Shown: piece after piece, positions 1 through 9,898 of the stretch
How the letters are laid out: each line of letters begins with the position of its first letter
How positions within the stretch are numbered: position 1 is the stretch's first letter
Assembly: GCA_002778785.1 (NCBI GenBank)
Contig: PEZS01000011.1
Span: forward strand, 192,995-256,994
Source of the DNA: Bdellovibrionales bacterium CG10_big_fil_rev_8_21_14_0_10_45_34
GTDB taxonomy: Bacteria; Bdellovibrionota; Bdellovibrionia; Bdellovibrionales; 1-14-0-10-45-34
DNA: 64,000 bases
Direction: 5' to 3'
The notes under the pieces: generated by a model
The model's input: only the letters and a program-made list of their open reading frames with translations
Database searches by the model: none
Told to the model about the DNA's origin: nothing
Translations under genes and position numbers: made by a program

Positions 1-4
1 TCAT

Positions 5-790
5 ATGGGCGAGCTTGGACGCTCCCAATGGGAGACGGCTCGGCAATCAACTCTTTACAATTCGAATCTTCGAAGAGATTACGCATTGAACTCGCTTGCA
101 GAGTTAAATTCTTTGAGCCCAGAGGGTGCGGCAGCCATACTCAGCCATCGAGCCTCTAAAGGGACCGGTGTCGAAATTCAAGATGATCTTATGAAGGGTG
201 ACACACTTCAAACTCTCATTGTTCATGTGCCATCTAGCGGAGGCAATGCCGAGCTGTATGTATCTGCAGGTGAAGCCCCCGCCGCTAGCAGCAATTACCT
301 CAAGTTTTCACTTGAAGGCTTATTTGAATTGCAGTCGAGCAGCACTTTTGACAAGGTCGATCTTGTTAAGAGAAGCCCTTATGAAAGAGATTTTGAAGTT
401 CAACTTTCAAAGGCTATTGAAGAATGGCAGAGAGACCCAGATTCGCTACTCTCTGCTCCCAACTATTGGGGCGGCACCTCAATTGGCCGAGCCGTAGGAG
501 CCTACGTTTATAGCAAAATGGGTCCGCGAGCTTACCTGGATTGGCTATCGGCTAAAGAAGTCTTGGGACTTGCCGACTCTAACGACGGCAGTTTGATTTT
601 TATGAAAGTTATTTCGCTCTATCGATCAAGGATGCGTTCCGAATTTGAAGAGCTTGCTCACAAGTACTTGGCAAATGAAGATTCCAATAAAGAGTACAAA
701 GAGATCGTTCAAAATCTTTTGAATAATAGCGAAGAACTGTTGCCAGAAGAAATTGGCTTCAGCTTTTCATCGGGTGATTTAAGATACTAG
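5..790 (+). CDS. hypothetical protein (may continue past the left edge)
   Basis: 261-aa ORF. No stop lies between the window edge and the ATG at 5. No motif recognised. Confidence 0.4.
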   Translation: MGELGRSQWETARQSTLYNSNLRRDYALNSLAELNSLSPEGAAAILSHRASKGTGVEIQDDLMKGDTLQTLIVHVPSSGGNAELYVSAGEAPAASSNYLKFSLEGLFELQSSSTFDKVDLVKRSPYERDFEVQLSKAIEEWQRDPDSLLSAPNYWGGTSIGRAVGAYVYSKMGPRAYLDWLSAKEVLGLADSNDGSLIFMKVISLYRSRMRSEFEELAHKYLANEDSNKEYKEIVQNLLNNSEELLPEEIGFSFSSGDLRY

Positions 791-850
791 AGGAATTTCT
801 TTCACACTATTTCCTGCCTTAGTCGCACTCCTGAGATACTAACGAGATGC

Positions 851-1909
851 TCAGTTTGCGCCACTTGATTCGCGGCGAGGGCTTGATGCCTTCTCTATCG
901 AAAAATGCACCGCTTGAAATTGAGGAGACTCTGAAGAGCTTTGCATATACTTGCAGGAACTTTTAATGCGTTCGGAGTTTTCGGAGTTCAATTTTTGTGA
1001 TTCGATAGTTTCTAATAAACCAATGCAACTGGATTTTGCTATCACAATGACGGTCTCTACTGGGTGCTTGGTGCCCGCCGACCAGTTACCCCTAATCTTT
1101 GCCTCAACATTGGAGCGGTTGTGAGTTGCAGATATTTTGAGCAGTCTCTGAGCCTCATCATAACCCTCTTTTCCTGGCTTTATACAGCTCATTCTATTGA
1201 GTTGATCGACAATAGTGTCAGCGGTTGAATCATAAATTGCATGCGCACAGCGAGAACCCTTCATCGCGCTACAAGTTGCAAGCAGCACATCACCATACTC
1301 ATGTATGGTGCTCGAACCTTCTTTTAGCATTTTGAGAATCCTGGTATGTGGCTTGGGACACGAGGAAGGAATTTGCTCCCAAGCCCACTCAGCAATCCCA
1401 CCAATGAATGCTATAATGCCCCACTCATCGTCAGCCGCATGCGCCGATGGTAAAAGCATCTCAAACAACCTGACGGCTCGGCGTGATTTCAAAGCTGCCT
1501 CGATGGCAACGAGATGGCGCTCTAAGTCTCCGTTGTATTTAGCAATCAATCGGCCATTTATAAAAATCCGCTGAGCTTCACGCAGAAGCATAATCTTCGA
1601 ATCTGCAAGCTGAAGCGAGACTTCTTCGCTTTTATTTTTGAGTTGCTTCGTCGTCACACTTGACAGAGCGAGCTCAAATTTCTGGTTGCCAAACCTCTTT
1701 TGAAACTTTGGACTCATCCGTTCATAAGCCTCATCACCATAAGCAGAGGTGAGAATCTCTTTGAGAGTCTGTCCGTGAATCTCCGCGTAGTACTCCTTTA
1801 TCAGCACCTGCGTTGACTTTGTGCTCACAGTTTTGGCCATGGCGGGCACAAGAAGGAGAGCGAAAATAATTTGCACAGACAGTTTTATCGAAGATGTCGA
1901 GACTAGCAC
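851..1909 (-). CDS. hypothetical exported protein
   Basis: 352-aa ORF with an N-terminal hydrophobic signal-like segment (IIFALLLVPAMA). No catalytic motif recognised. Confidence 0.5.
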   Translation of the reverse strand: MLVSTSSIKLSVQIIFALLLVPAMAKTVSTKSTQVLIKEYYAEIHGQTLKEILTSAYGDEAYERMSPKFQKRFGNQKFELALSSVTTKQLKNKSEEVSLQLADSKIMLLREAQRIFINGRLIAKYNGDLERHLVAIEAALKSRRAVRLFEMLLPSAHAADDEWGIIAFIGGIAEWAWEQIPSSCPKPHTRILKMLKEGSSTIHEYGDVLLATCSAMKGSRCAHAIYDSTADTIVDQLNRMSCIKPGKEGYDEAQRLLKISATHNRSNVEAKIRGNWSAGTKHPVETVIVIAKSSCIGLLETIESQKLNSENSERIKSSCKYMQSSSESPQFQAVHFSIEKASSPRRESSGAN

Positions 1910-2181
1910 GAGTGCCTCCTTCTCAATATTTTCCTACTGTACTCCTGGGCAACCAACTCAAGAATCCGTATGTGGTTCAATCCAGCCCAAAGTCGATGGC
2001 ACCACGTTTGCTGACTTGGTGCGGCCCAGTAGGTGATATGTAAAAATATTTCAACAGGGGCAATATTGTTTTCGTCCTCCATCAGAATTATGAGAAAACC
2101 CTGGCCCTCTATCCGACCTGTAGAGGCCGAAGGGGGAAGGTCGACGCAGAATACTAATTATCGCTCGAATCAAGGAACCAT

Positions 2182-3456
2182 TTGAAGCCACTCAAACTAT
2201 TTTTTGACAAAATGGAGTTCAGTCCCGCAACAGGTGTTAATTGCCGTGTAAGCAGATTCATTCTTTGCCTAAGCAAGCATAAATCCAGCCACGGTTTGAT
2301 TTTGACTTGTTTCTTAACTCTATTTCTCTGCCAAGTCTCAAATGTTTCTGCCAATGAGAATCGTCTCATTGCCTGCGAAGTCTTACTTGGAAACCCCCTC
2401 AAAAATACTTTTACTGGCGGCTTGCGACTTCTCGACAAGTCGGCGATATCGAACATGAAAGTTGACGAAAAGGAGCGCATTTTTCTTCACTCTCAGAAAA
2501 GAGTCTACGCTGCAACCTTGGAAAGCCCACAATTAATAGAGAATTACTTGAATGAAGTCTTAGCTGTAGCTAAGACCACACGCCCACTTACTTTTGGTGA
2601 AAAGTACCTACGAGACGTTGTAGAAAGTGTCTCCGCCTTAACGGGCCTCGCCCATCTTGCGTTTACACCCAAGCTTCTTTTGAAAATTTTGAAGTGGCGA
2701 GATTCAGTGAACCTCAAAGACCCCAGAGCTAGTGATTCTTCGCCGTCACAAAAAACACCTCTCGAACCCGATTTTAAAAACCCATTGGCAAAAGAAAAGA
2801 TGATGACGTTTATCTCAAATAGCAAAAACTTAGAATTGATAACTCCAGCAGCACTTCTCGCCTGGGGTCTCGCGGAGTTTTTTTTCGACCCCTCTCTAGG
2901 TGCCTCTAAGATGATAGCGGGCACACTGCTATGGGCCAGCTCACTTTATGAACGACATTACAAGCCCAATCGCTCAGCAGAGAGTCCACTAATGAGATCA
3001 TTGACCGAGTCATTTGCTGGGCTCTCGTTATTTTTAGGTGCCGGCATTTCGCAAGGACTCGTAAATATTGGCCTTGTTGGTTTTTCGACAGGCGGAGCAG
3101 ACAGTCAGTGGGATTCTGCTAGTCAGTTGGCCGTCATTAACCAATCACTTGCCGGATTAATTATGCTTCACTCCGGACCAAGTAGATTGATTTCTCACTT
3201 CTTTGAAACGAAGACTTCAGAGCAAGTTCTTTCGAGTGAGCTAGCTAAACTAACACAGCAAGACCAATACAATTTGCAAATGGAATTTGCTACAACGAAA
3301 GCAAAAAGCAACAGGCTACTCGTTTCACTGGGCTTAGAAAGGCTGTTTGACGAACCCTTCGGCTATGAGGAAGATCTCGACCCAGTAAACTTTCAGCTTC
3401 GTTTGTTTGGCAATCAAGACAATTTAGAAATTCTGTTCATGGTGAGAGACTACTAA
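2182..3456 (+). CDS. hypothetical membrane or exported protein
   Basis: 424-aa ORF with hydrophobic segments near the N-terminus and mid-protein. No family recognised. Confidence 0.45.
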   Translation: MKPLKLFFDKMEFSPATGVNCRVSRFILCLSKHKSSHGLILTCFLTLFLCQVSNVSANENRLIACEVLLGNPLKNTFTGGLRLLDKSAISNMKVDEKERIFLHSQKRVYAATLESPQLIENYLNEVLAVAKTTRPLTFGEKYLRDVVESVSALTGLAHLAFTPKLLLKILKWRDSVNLKDPRASDSSPSQKTPLEPDFKNPLAKEKMMTFISNSKNLELITPAALLAWGLAEFFFDPSLGASKMIAGTLLWASSLYERHYKPNRSAESPLMRSLTESFAGLSLFLGAGISQGLVNIGLVGFSTGGADSQWDSASQLAVINQSLAGLIMLHSGPSRLISHFFETKTSEQVLSSELAKLTQQDQYNLQMEFATTKAKSNRLLVSLGLERLFDEPFGYEEDLDPVNFQLRLFGNQDNLEILFMVRDY

Positions 3457-3545
3457 GGCTTTCCCTTGTTTCTTAGCCGAGCACAGTTGACAAGGCGCAG
3501 AGAATGCGAGAGTTGTTCTAGCGAACTAAAGGAGACTGAAAGCCT

Positions 3546-4292
3546 ATGACAACAGATCAAATCGAAAAAGCCCTTGAGCCTGCTAAAGCCTCAAAAAACC
3601 TCATCATAAAATGGTTGGTGATGGGATTTCTGGGAACAGTAGCAATGGTTCTCGTCACGTTTCTCATTTTGATTTTCGGCTTCTCACCATTAATGTCAGT
3701 AGATGAAAGTAACGACAAAGTCTCTTTTTTGGGAGGCGCCATTGAGATCAATTCCTCTGACGGTAAGTTCAAAATCGGTGACTTTAGTTTTAATGACGAT
3801 TCAAGCTCCTTTGACTACTCCGGGGACAGAATGTTCAAAGGCAATCAGCCCAAGCAAATCCTCATCCATTTTACAAATGGCAAAGCCGATTTCTACACTT
3901 CTAGCTCAACCGAGCTTAGGTGGCAGTGCAAAGTAAAGTCAGCAAGCCAGAGAGACTTCCTCATCGAAAGCGAAGATTCCTTTGAACTTAATTTTTCTAA
4001 GTCTTCAGGCATTAAGTGCTCCTTTCACTTGCCTGAGGGCATTCCTGTGAACGTTTCTGGCAACAACGGAAAGATTGAGATTGATGAGCCACTAAGCCCG
4101 TTTACGGTAAACCTTAACAATGGAAAGGTCGAAGTTGAACCCAGTCGTTCTGCCGAATATAAGTACGACCTGAACGTAGGTAATGGCTTGGTAAATGAGT
4201 TCAAGTCTTCATCAAATCCTACAGCTATACCCATTACAATCAGCGTTGGTAACGGCTACATAAAAAATGGCCGGGATCATGACGACGACTAA
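3546..4292 (+). CDS. membrane-anchored protein with beta-helix-like NG(K) repeats (DUF4097-like, tentative)
   Basis: One N-terminal TM helix (WLVMGFLGTVAMVLVTFLILIF). The C-terminal half has repeated GNNGKIEI / NNGKVEV / GNGLV / GNGYI strands. GGAG-type RBS lies upstream. Confidence 0.5.
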   Translation: MTTDQIEKALEPAKASKNLIIKWLVMGFLGTVAMVLVTFLILIFGFSPLMSVDESNDKVSFLGGAIEINSSDGKFKIGDFSFNDDSSSFDYSGDRMFKGNQPKQILIHFTNGKADFYTSSSTELRWQCKVKSASQRDFLIESEDSFELNFSKSSGIKCSFHLPEGIPVNVSGNNGKIEIDEPLSPFTVNLNNGKVEVEPSRSAEYKYDLNVGNGLVNEFKSSSNPTAIPITISVGNGYIKNGRDHDDD

Positions 4293-4361
4293 ATACGAGC
4301 CCTTTCGAGTTCATCTAAAATCTCATGGAGGCAGTATTTGCGAATATCACCAATCACTAAA

Positions 4362-4469
4362 AACGAGAAAACACTTTCAACAACCTTAACTTCCATCGAG
4401 CATAGGGCGGATGCTAACGAGAAAACACTTTCAACAACCTTAACTTCCATCGAGCATAGGGCGGATGCT
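4362..4469. repeat. perfect 54-bp tandem duplication (2 copies) spanning the aldehyde dehydrogenase stop codon
   Basis: Copy 1 at 4362-4415 and copy 2 at 4416-4469 are identical (aacgagaaaacactttcaacaaccttaacttccatcgagcatagggcggatgct). Confidence 0.95.
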
Positions 4470-5841
4470 TCAGAGTAGGTTCAAACCAAAATCTTCTCTT
4501 AAGTACGCTCTTTTGATGAGTAAACGCTCGAAACCCGAACTCTCCGTGATAGCTGCCCATTCCGCTTGAACCCACGCCTCCGAAAGGCAAGTTAGCGCAG
4601 CTAACATGCATGAGAACATCATTAACGCAGCCACCGCCAAAAGGAATTCTGCGCAGAATCTTTTGGGCGAGATTTTTGTTAGAAGTGAACACGTAGAGAG
4701 CGAGAGGCTTTGAAAGCTTTAACACTTCACTCATAGCTGCTTCTTCATCATCGAACGCAATAACGGGCAGAATTGGTCCAAAAATCTCTTCGCTCATAAG
4801 TTCGTCATGAAAAGTGCAATCCCGAACAAGTGTTGGCGACATGTATCTCTTTTCAGCGTCTACGTTACCACCAGCAACAATACTCGTACCTGCTCCTATT
4901 CTTCCTTCAAGGATCGCCCCCTTTAACTTCTTTGAATGAGCAATGCCGTCGATCAGATTTTTCAGCCTTAAAAGATACGCCCCTGAAAGTATTTTTGTGT
5001 AACTAGCGCTCTCCTCGGGGTTTGTGCCAACTGCCCTCGGAATTTGTTGTTTTAAAAGCTCTACGAATTCTTCGTAAATCTTTTTTTCTACTAGTAGATA
5101 ATCAGGGGCGATGCAGGTCTGACCCGCATTTAAAAACTTCCCCCAAACTATTCTTTGAGCTGACATTTTGAGGTCTGCATCGGCAAATACAAAACAAGGG
5201 CTCTTTCCGCCAAGTTCAAGTGTTACTGGCGTCAGGTTCTTCGCTGCAGCCAGTGCGACAATTTTGCCCACTCTTTCGCTTCCTGTAAAAAAAATCTTGT
5301 CAAATCTCAGATCTAAAAGCTGCTGGGTGGTGTGGGCGCCGCCCTCGATGACGCACAAAAATCTTTTTTCAAAATTTTCGTTGATCAGGCGGGCAATGCA
5401 CCGGCTGGAGTGAGGGGTGATTTCACTTGGCTTTAAGATCGTCACATTACCCGCCGCTATTGAAGAAACAACTGGGCTAAGACTGAGCTGAAACGGATAG
5501 TTGGCCGCTCCTATCACAAGGGCCGCACCCAAAGGTTCAGGACATATGTAGGTTCGCGACGGAAAATTAAATAGCCCTGCTGAAACCCGCTTTACGCGAG
5601 CCCACCGCTTCACATTTTTGATAGCAAGATTCAGTTCGTTGTATACAAGTAGCAGCTCTGTCGAAAACGTTTCAAATTCTGATTTGCCAAAATCGTGTTC
5701 AATGGCTTTAAAAATTTCATTTTCATTTAAACGCAGAATATCGCGTAAACGCTTGAGCTGCGCGATGCGAAAAGCTATGTCTTTTGTTTTTTGAGATTCA
5801 AAGAACTGTTTCTGCCTCATGTGGATTTCTGTTAGTTCCAT
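4414..5841 (-). CDS. NAD(P)-dependent aldehyde dehydrogenase (class 3-like length)
   Basis: ALDH glutamate motif VTLELGGKSP, catalytic Cys motif GQTCIAPDY, and C-terminal FGGVGSSGMGSYHG. Confidence 0.9.
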   Translation of the reverse strand: MELTEIHMRQKQFFESQKTKDIAFRIAQLKRLRDILRLNENEIFKAIEHDFGKSEFETFSTELLLVYNELNLAIKNVKRWARVKRVSAGLFNFPSRTYICPEPLGAALVIGAANYPFQLSLSPVVSSIAAGNVTILKPSEITPHSSRCIARLINENFEKRFLCVIEGGAHTTQQLLDLRFDKIFFTGSERVGKIVALAAAKNLTPVTLELGGKSPCFVFADADLKMSAQRIVWGKFLNAGQTCIAPDYLLVEKKIYEEFVELLKQQIPRAVGTNPEESASYTKILSGAYLLRLKNLIDGIAHSKKLKGAILEGRIGAGTSIVAGGNVDAEKRYMSPTLVRDCTFHDELMSEEIFGPILPVIAFDDEEAAMSEVLKLSKPLALYVFTSNKNLAQKILRRIPFGGGCVNDVLMHVSCANLPFGGVGSSGMGSYHGEFGFRAFTHQKSVLKRRFWFEPTLKHPPYARWKLRLLKVFSR

Positions 5842-6110
5842 GAACGACCAGTCTAAGTACCGACCTGGCGCAAATCAAGCCTCCGGATACAGTAATTTTG
5901 AGGCGCCATCGTGTAAGTTATGACAGGGCCATTTGCGTCAAAAAGGCGACCACACAAGTAGAGCCGGCCTCAACTCTTGGACGTGAGCATTTTTTAACCC
6001 ACAAGCCCTCCGATAAAGGTAAAGGTTGTAAAAATATGGAAAATTGCATAAGCCTCAGAATCTATGTTTTAGGATCAAACTAGTAGATAGGTGCCGCGCG
6101 TGAGAGACCA

Positions 6111-6190
6111 GTTTTCGCACTTTTCTTTAAAAAGCAAAACTTCGCGCTTTTCTTTAAGAAGGGAAACGTTGCACTTTTCCTTAAAACAAC
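6111..6190. repeat. three imperfect direct repeats (period about 27-28 bp) upstream of the lipoprotein gene
   Basis: TTCGCACTTTTCTTTAAAAAG at 6114, TTCGCGCTTTTCTTTAAGAAG at 6141, TTGCACTTTTCCTTAAAACAA at 6169. Confidence 0.7.
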
Positions 6191-6238
6191 TAGAAATATC
6201 TACTTAGGTCTTCTGGGGCTTAAAAAGGGTTTACACAT

Positions 6239-6901
6239 ATGACTCATTTACGAACAAAGCAAATTATCGCATTTTTGTTTTTGGCCTCCGCAGTGTTGTT
6301 TTTGTTCTCATCTTGCACGACGCTTTCGCAAAAAGACTGTGAAAGTATGGATTGGTACAGCAAAGGCAAAAGTGATGGGGTGGCTGGCGATAGCGCCAAC
6401 AAGTTTGCAAAATACTCCTCGCGATGCGACGAACATGGCATTCAACCAGACAAACCGAAATACCAAGAGGGTTACGCTGCCGGGCTAGCAATTTTTTGCA
6501 CTTTTGATAGCGGAGAAAATTTCGGTTTATCGGGATCCTCGTACCAAGGCGTGTGCTCCGGCGATTCGGAAAAGGATTTTTTGAAAGGCTTTCACATAGG
6601 GCAAAAAGAGTTCAGATTGCAAACAAAAGAGGCTGAACTTGCTAATAGAGAAAAGGAACTCCGAAAGCAAAGTGCGGACCTTGATCGGAAGCAAGAATTT
6701 CTTAAAAAAATGCCCGAGAACAAATGCACTTTTGATTCCGACTGCGTCAGAGATGATGATTGTTCGTTTGGCAAATGTAGACTCACAGCTTCAAAGTGTT
6801 CGTTTGATTCCGACTGCAAGGTACGCGGCGAATGCAATGGCGAAAAATACTGCATAGGCTCTGACTGCCAAGAAATTCGCCAATGCCGCTACGACGACTG
6901 A
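6239..6901 (+). CDS. lipoprotein, DUF2799-like N-terminal half with a Cys-rich C-terminal repeat
   Basis: Lipobox LFSSC. CESMDWYSKGKSDGVAGD resembles DUF2799. Central coiled coil. The C-terminus repeats CxFDSDC twice. Confidence 0.6.
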   Translation: MTHLRTKQIIAFLFLASAVLFLFSSCTTLSQKDCESMDWYSKGKSDGVAGDSANKFAKYSSRCDEHGIQPDKPKYQEGYAAGLAIFCTFDSGENFGLSGSSYQGVCSGDSEKDFLKGFHIGQKEFRLQTKEAELANREKELRKQSADLDRKQEFLKKMPENKCTFDSDCVRDDDCSFGKCRLTASKCSFDSDCKVRGECNGEKYCIGSDCQEIRQCRYDD

Positions 6902-6994
6902 GGCGTATATTCAAAATTCGCTTCATCTCAAATACATCCTCTTCCGTCCTCGACGTTGCTCACGCCGAAGGAACGCTAAAGGTTAAAAAGGTTT

Positions 6995-9223
6995 TCAGAG
7001 TTTGATCGCCCTAAGTCTCAATGCGTTTGCCACGACAGAAACTGAACTAAAGCTCATGGCAACGCTTGCAATCATCGGACTCAACAAGACTCCGTAGAAT
7101 GGGTAGAGAAGGCCCGCTGCAATCGGAACTCCGGCAATATTATAGATAAACGCGAAAAAGAGGTTCTGCCTTATGTTTTTCATTGTGTGATGACTTAACC
7201 GATGGGCTTTAACAATTCCCAGTAAATCGCCCTTAACAAGAGTCACACCCGCACTTTCAATCGCAACGTCTGTTCCTGTACCCATTGCAATTCCTACATC
7301 GGCGTGAGCAAGAGCGGGAGCATCATTGATACCATCACCTGCCATTACAACGCGCTCGCCCTCTTTTTGAAATTGCTGGATTATCTGCCCCTTTCGCTCC
7401 GGTAGTACTTCTGCTTCAAAGCTTTCAATATCTACCTCTCGAGCTACAGCCGCTGCGGTTAAGCGATTGTCGCCAGTCAGCATCACCACTTTGATTCCCT
7501 TAGATTTAAAGTATTTAATCGCTTCCTTTGTTGTTTCCTTAATAGGGTCCTTCACAGCTAAAACACCTGCTGGAATCTTATCAATCGCAACAAGCATGAC
7601 ACCCTGACCCTCTTGCCGAAGGTCGTCCGCAATCGGCATCAGATCTGATGGGTCAACTTTGTGATTCCTAAGGAGTCGCTCATTGCCAACTATTACCTCT
7701 CTGCCCGCAACGGTGGCCCGAATACCGTGGCCAACAATAGATTCAAAATTTGTTGCTGTAGCTAAAGATAGGCCTTTCTTTTTAGCCCCATTTAACACAG
7801 CTTCAGCAAGCGGATGTTCGCTGGCCATCTCTACTGAAGCCGCCGAAGAAAGAACCTCGCTTTCAGTGAATCCGCCAATAACTTTGACTGCCATGAGCTT
7901 TGGCGCGCCGACAGTGAGCGTTCCGGTTTTGTCGACAACTAAGGTGGTTATCTTTTCGAGCCGTTCTAATGCCTCTGCGTTCTTAATTAGTATACCTTGC
8001 GTAGCACCCTTGCCAACACCGACCATTATCGACATAGGCGTAGCAAGACCAAGTGCGCAGGGGCACGCTATAATTAGCACGGCCACAGAGTTTACAATAG
8101 CATACGTCAGTGCGGGCTCTGGCCCAAACACAAACCAGGTAATCGCTGTCAAAATGGCCGCAATAACTACCATTGGTACGAAATATCCAGATACAGTGTC
8201 CGCCATTTTTTGAATCGGCGCGCGACTCCTTTGTGCTTGCGAAACCATTTTTACAATTTGAGACAAGAGAGTGTCTTTTCCTACTCGCGTAGCCGCCATA
8301 ACAAAACTACCAGATTTATTTAACGTGCCACCAATTACTTTGCTGCCTTTGAATTTTTCTAATGCAATAGGCTCTCCCGAAACCATGCTTTCATCGACCA
8401 AGCTTTTGCCCTCGAGAACATGACCATCAACAGGAACTTTCTCTCCGGGGCGAACGCGCAGCTTGTCGCCTGTTTGCACCTGTTCAATAAGTACATCGAT
8501 TTCTTGGCCATCGCTGCTCAACCTTCTAGCGGTTTTTGGAGCAAGGCCAATAAGAGATCGGATGGCATTTCCAGTTTGGCTACGAGCGCGAAGCTCCAAT
8601 ACCTGTCCTAATAAAACAAGTGTTGTGATTACAGCAGCTGATTCAAAGTAAAGGGGTATAACATTTCCGTGACCTCGAAAAGCATCCGGAAATAGGTGCG
8701 GGAAAAAGGTCACAACAGTACTGTAAAGATACGCCACGCCTGTTCCCAGTGCTATTAAGGTGAACATATTAAGCTTGCGAGTTACTATCGAAATCCAACC
8801 GCGCTCAAAAAAGGGCCATCCAGCCCAAATGACCACTGGTGTAGCAAGAATCATCTGAATTCCCGAATACAGCCACCAGCTCATATTCCTCTGCACAGGT
8901 TGCCCGGGAATTAAATCAGACATAGCTAGAACCAGTAGAGGAACCGACAACAATATGCTTATTTTAAGACGCTTCGAGAAATCTATAAGTTCTGGATTCT
9001 CAATATTCTCGACCGAGAGTTCTACTGGCTCAAGTGCCATGCCGCAGATGGGGCAGCTCCCCGGCCCCTTTTGCGTAACTTCAGGATGCATTGGGCAAGT
9101 GTATTGACTTTCACTGTCTCCACTCAAATCAGGTTTACGCGTGTCGCTCTTGTGCTTTTCGTGGCAGGAGCTGTGGTCGTGGTCTTTAAAATTGTCGTTT
9201 TTATCGTTATTATTTGGAATCAT
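6995..9223 (-). CDS. copA: copper-translocating P1B-type ATPase
   Basis: Motifs [27 protein letters not shown] and GDGINDAP. N-terminal CPMHPEV...CPICGMAL metal-binding domain and His-rich leader. Confidence 0.95.
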   Translation of the reverse strand: MIPNNNDKNDNFKDHDHSSCHEKHKSDTRKPDLSGDSESQYTCPMHPEVTQKGPGSCPICGMALEPVELSVENIENPELIDFSKRLKISILLSVPLLVLAMSDLIPGQPVQRNMSWWLYSGIQMILATPVVIWAGWPFFERGWISIVTRKLNMFTLIALGTGVAYLYSTVVTFFPHLFPDAFRGHGNVIPLYFESAAVITTLVLLGQVLELRARSQTGNAIRSLIGLAPKTARRLSSDGQEIDVLIEQVQTGDKLRVRPGEKVPVDGHVLEGKSLVDESMVSGEPIALEKFKGSKVIGGTLNKSGSFVMAATRVGKDTLLSQIVKMVSQAQRSRAPIQKMADTVSGYFVPMVVIAAILTAITWFVFGPEPALTYAIVNSVAVLIIACPCALGLATPMSIMVGVGKGATQGILIKNAEALERLEKITTLVVDKTGTLTVGAPKLMAVKVIGGFTESEVLSSAASVEMASEHPLAEAVLNGAKKKGLSLATATNFESIVGHGIRATVAGREVIVGNERLLRNHKVDPSDLMPIADDLRQEGQGVMLVAIDKIPAGVLAVKDPIKETTKEAIKYFKSKGIKVVMLTGDNRLTAAAVAREVDIESFEAEVLPERKGQIIQQFQKEGERVVMAGDGINDAPALAHADVGIAMGTGTDVAIESAGVTLVKGDLLGIVKAHRLSHHTMKNIRQNLFFAFIYNIAGVPIAAGLLYPFYGVLLSPMIASVAMSFSSVSVVANALRLRAIKL

Positions 9224-9255
9224 GTACGTTTCTCCTCAAATCCGCTTACTTGCCC

Positions 9256-9286
9256 ATCATCGACCTTCCAGCAGTTGGAAGGTCAA
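9256..9286 (-). promoter_or_regulatory. MerR/CueR-type promoter-operator for copA
   Basis: On the minus strand: TTGACC, a 19-bp spacer, then GATGAT. The spacer holds a perfect dyad GACCTTCCA-N5-TGGAAGGTC (9262-9284). Same layout as E. coli PcopA. Confidence 0.8.
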
Positions 9287-9366
9287 GGGTTTCTAACAAA
9301 TTGATTCAACTTGATCCAATTCAGCTTGATCCAATTCACCTAGTCTAATTGCGTAAGTATAAAACA

Positions 9367-9397
9367 TTGACCTTCCAATGGTTGGAGGGTTTAGACT
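9367..9397 (+). promoter_or_regulatory. second MerR/CueR-type promoter-operator, facing cueR and the multicopper oxidase
   Basis: TTGACC (9367-9372), 19-bp spacer, TAGACT (9392-9397). Dyad GACCTTCCA-N5-TGGAGGGTT has 2 mismatches. Confidence 0.7.
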
Positions 9398-9404
9398 GTG
9401 CCGT

Positions 9405-9797
9405 ATGACAATAGGACAAGCTGCTAAAACTTCAGGCGTGAATGCCAAACTCATTCGTCACTATGAATCAATTGGTATTGTTCCAAGAGCCGCAAGGACT
9501 GCGTCTGGCTACAGGATATACTCTGAAAGTGATGTTCATATTTTGACTTTTGTTAAACGCGCCAGAGGCCTAGGGTTTTCAATGAAGGAAATCAAAAAAC
9601 TTGTTAGTCTTTGGCGCAATAGAACTCGTGCAAGCTCGGACGTAAAAGCAATGACACTTGCGCACATACACACACTTGAAGAAAAGATAAGAGATTTACA
9701 GCAAATGCGGTCTACCCTAGTTGAGCTGACAAAAAACTGTCACGGAGATATCAGACCAAGCTGTCCAATCTTAGAAGATCTTTCTAGAAGGGATTAG
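9405..9797 (+). CDS. cueR: MerR-family Cu(I)-responsive regulator
   Basis: N-terminal HTH MTIGQAAKTSGVNAKLIRHYESIGI. C-terminal CHGDIRPSC has the C-x7-C spacing of CueR. The ATG at 9405 is preferred over the track start at 9378, which lies inside the operator. Confidence 0.85.
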   Translation: MTIGQAAKTSGVNAKLIRHYESIGIVPRAARTASGYRIYSESDVHILTFVKRARGLGFSMKEIKKLVSLWRNRTRASSDVKAMTLAHIHTLEEKIRDLQQMRSTLVELTKNCHGDIRPSCPILEDLSRRD

Positions 9798-9898
9798 TGC
9801 GCAGTTTGTACCTATCAAAAGCAAACTGAGTCTTCTTCTTTGGGACAACATAAACTGCTGAGTCGTTGAAACTGCACCCAGCGCAAGGAGGATACTAA

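Noticed and set aside
5898-6083. 61-aa ORF in the aldehyde dehydrogenase / lipoprotein intergenic region.
   Set aside because: It has no RBS and no recognisable motif, and it lies in a probable divergent promoter region.
9378-9404. Track start codon for cueR at 9378, giving the N-terminus MVGGFRLCR.
   Set aside because: These codons lie inside the CueR operator dyad and between the -35 and -10 elements. The MerR HTH begins at MTIGQAAK (ATG at 9405).
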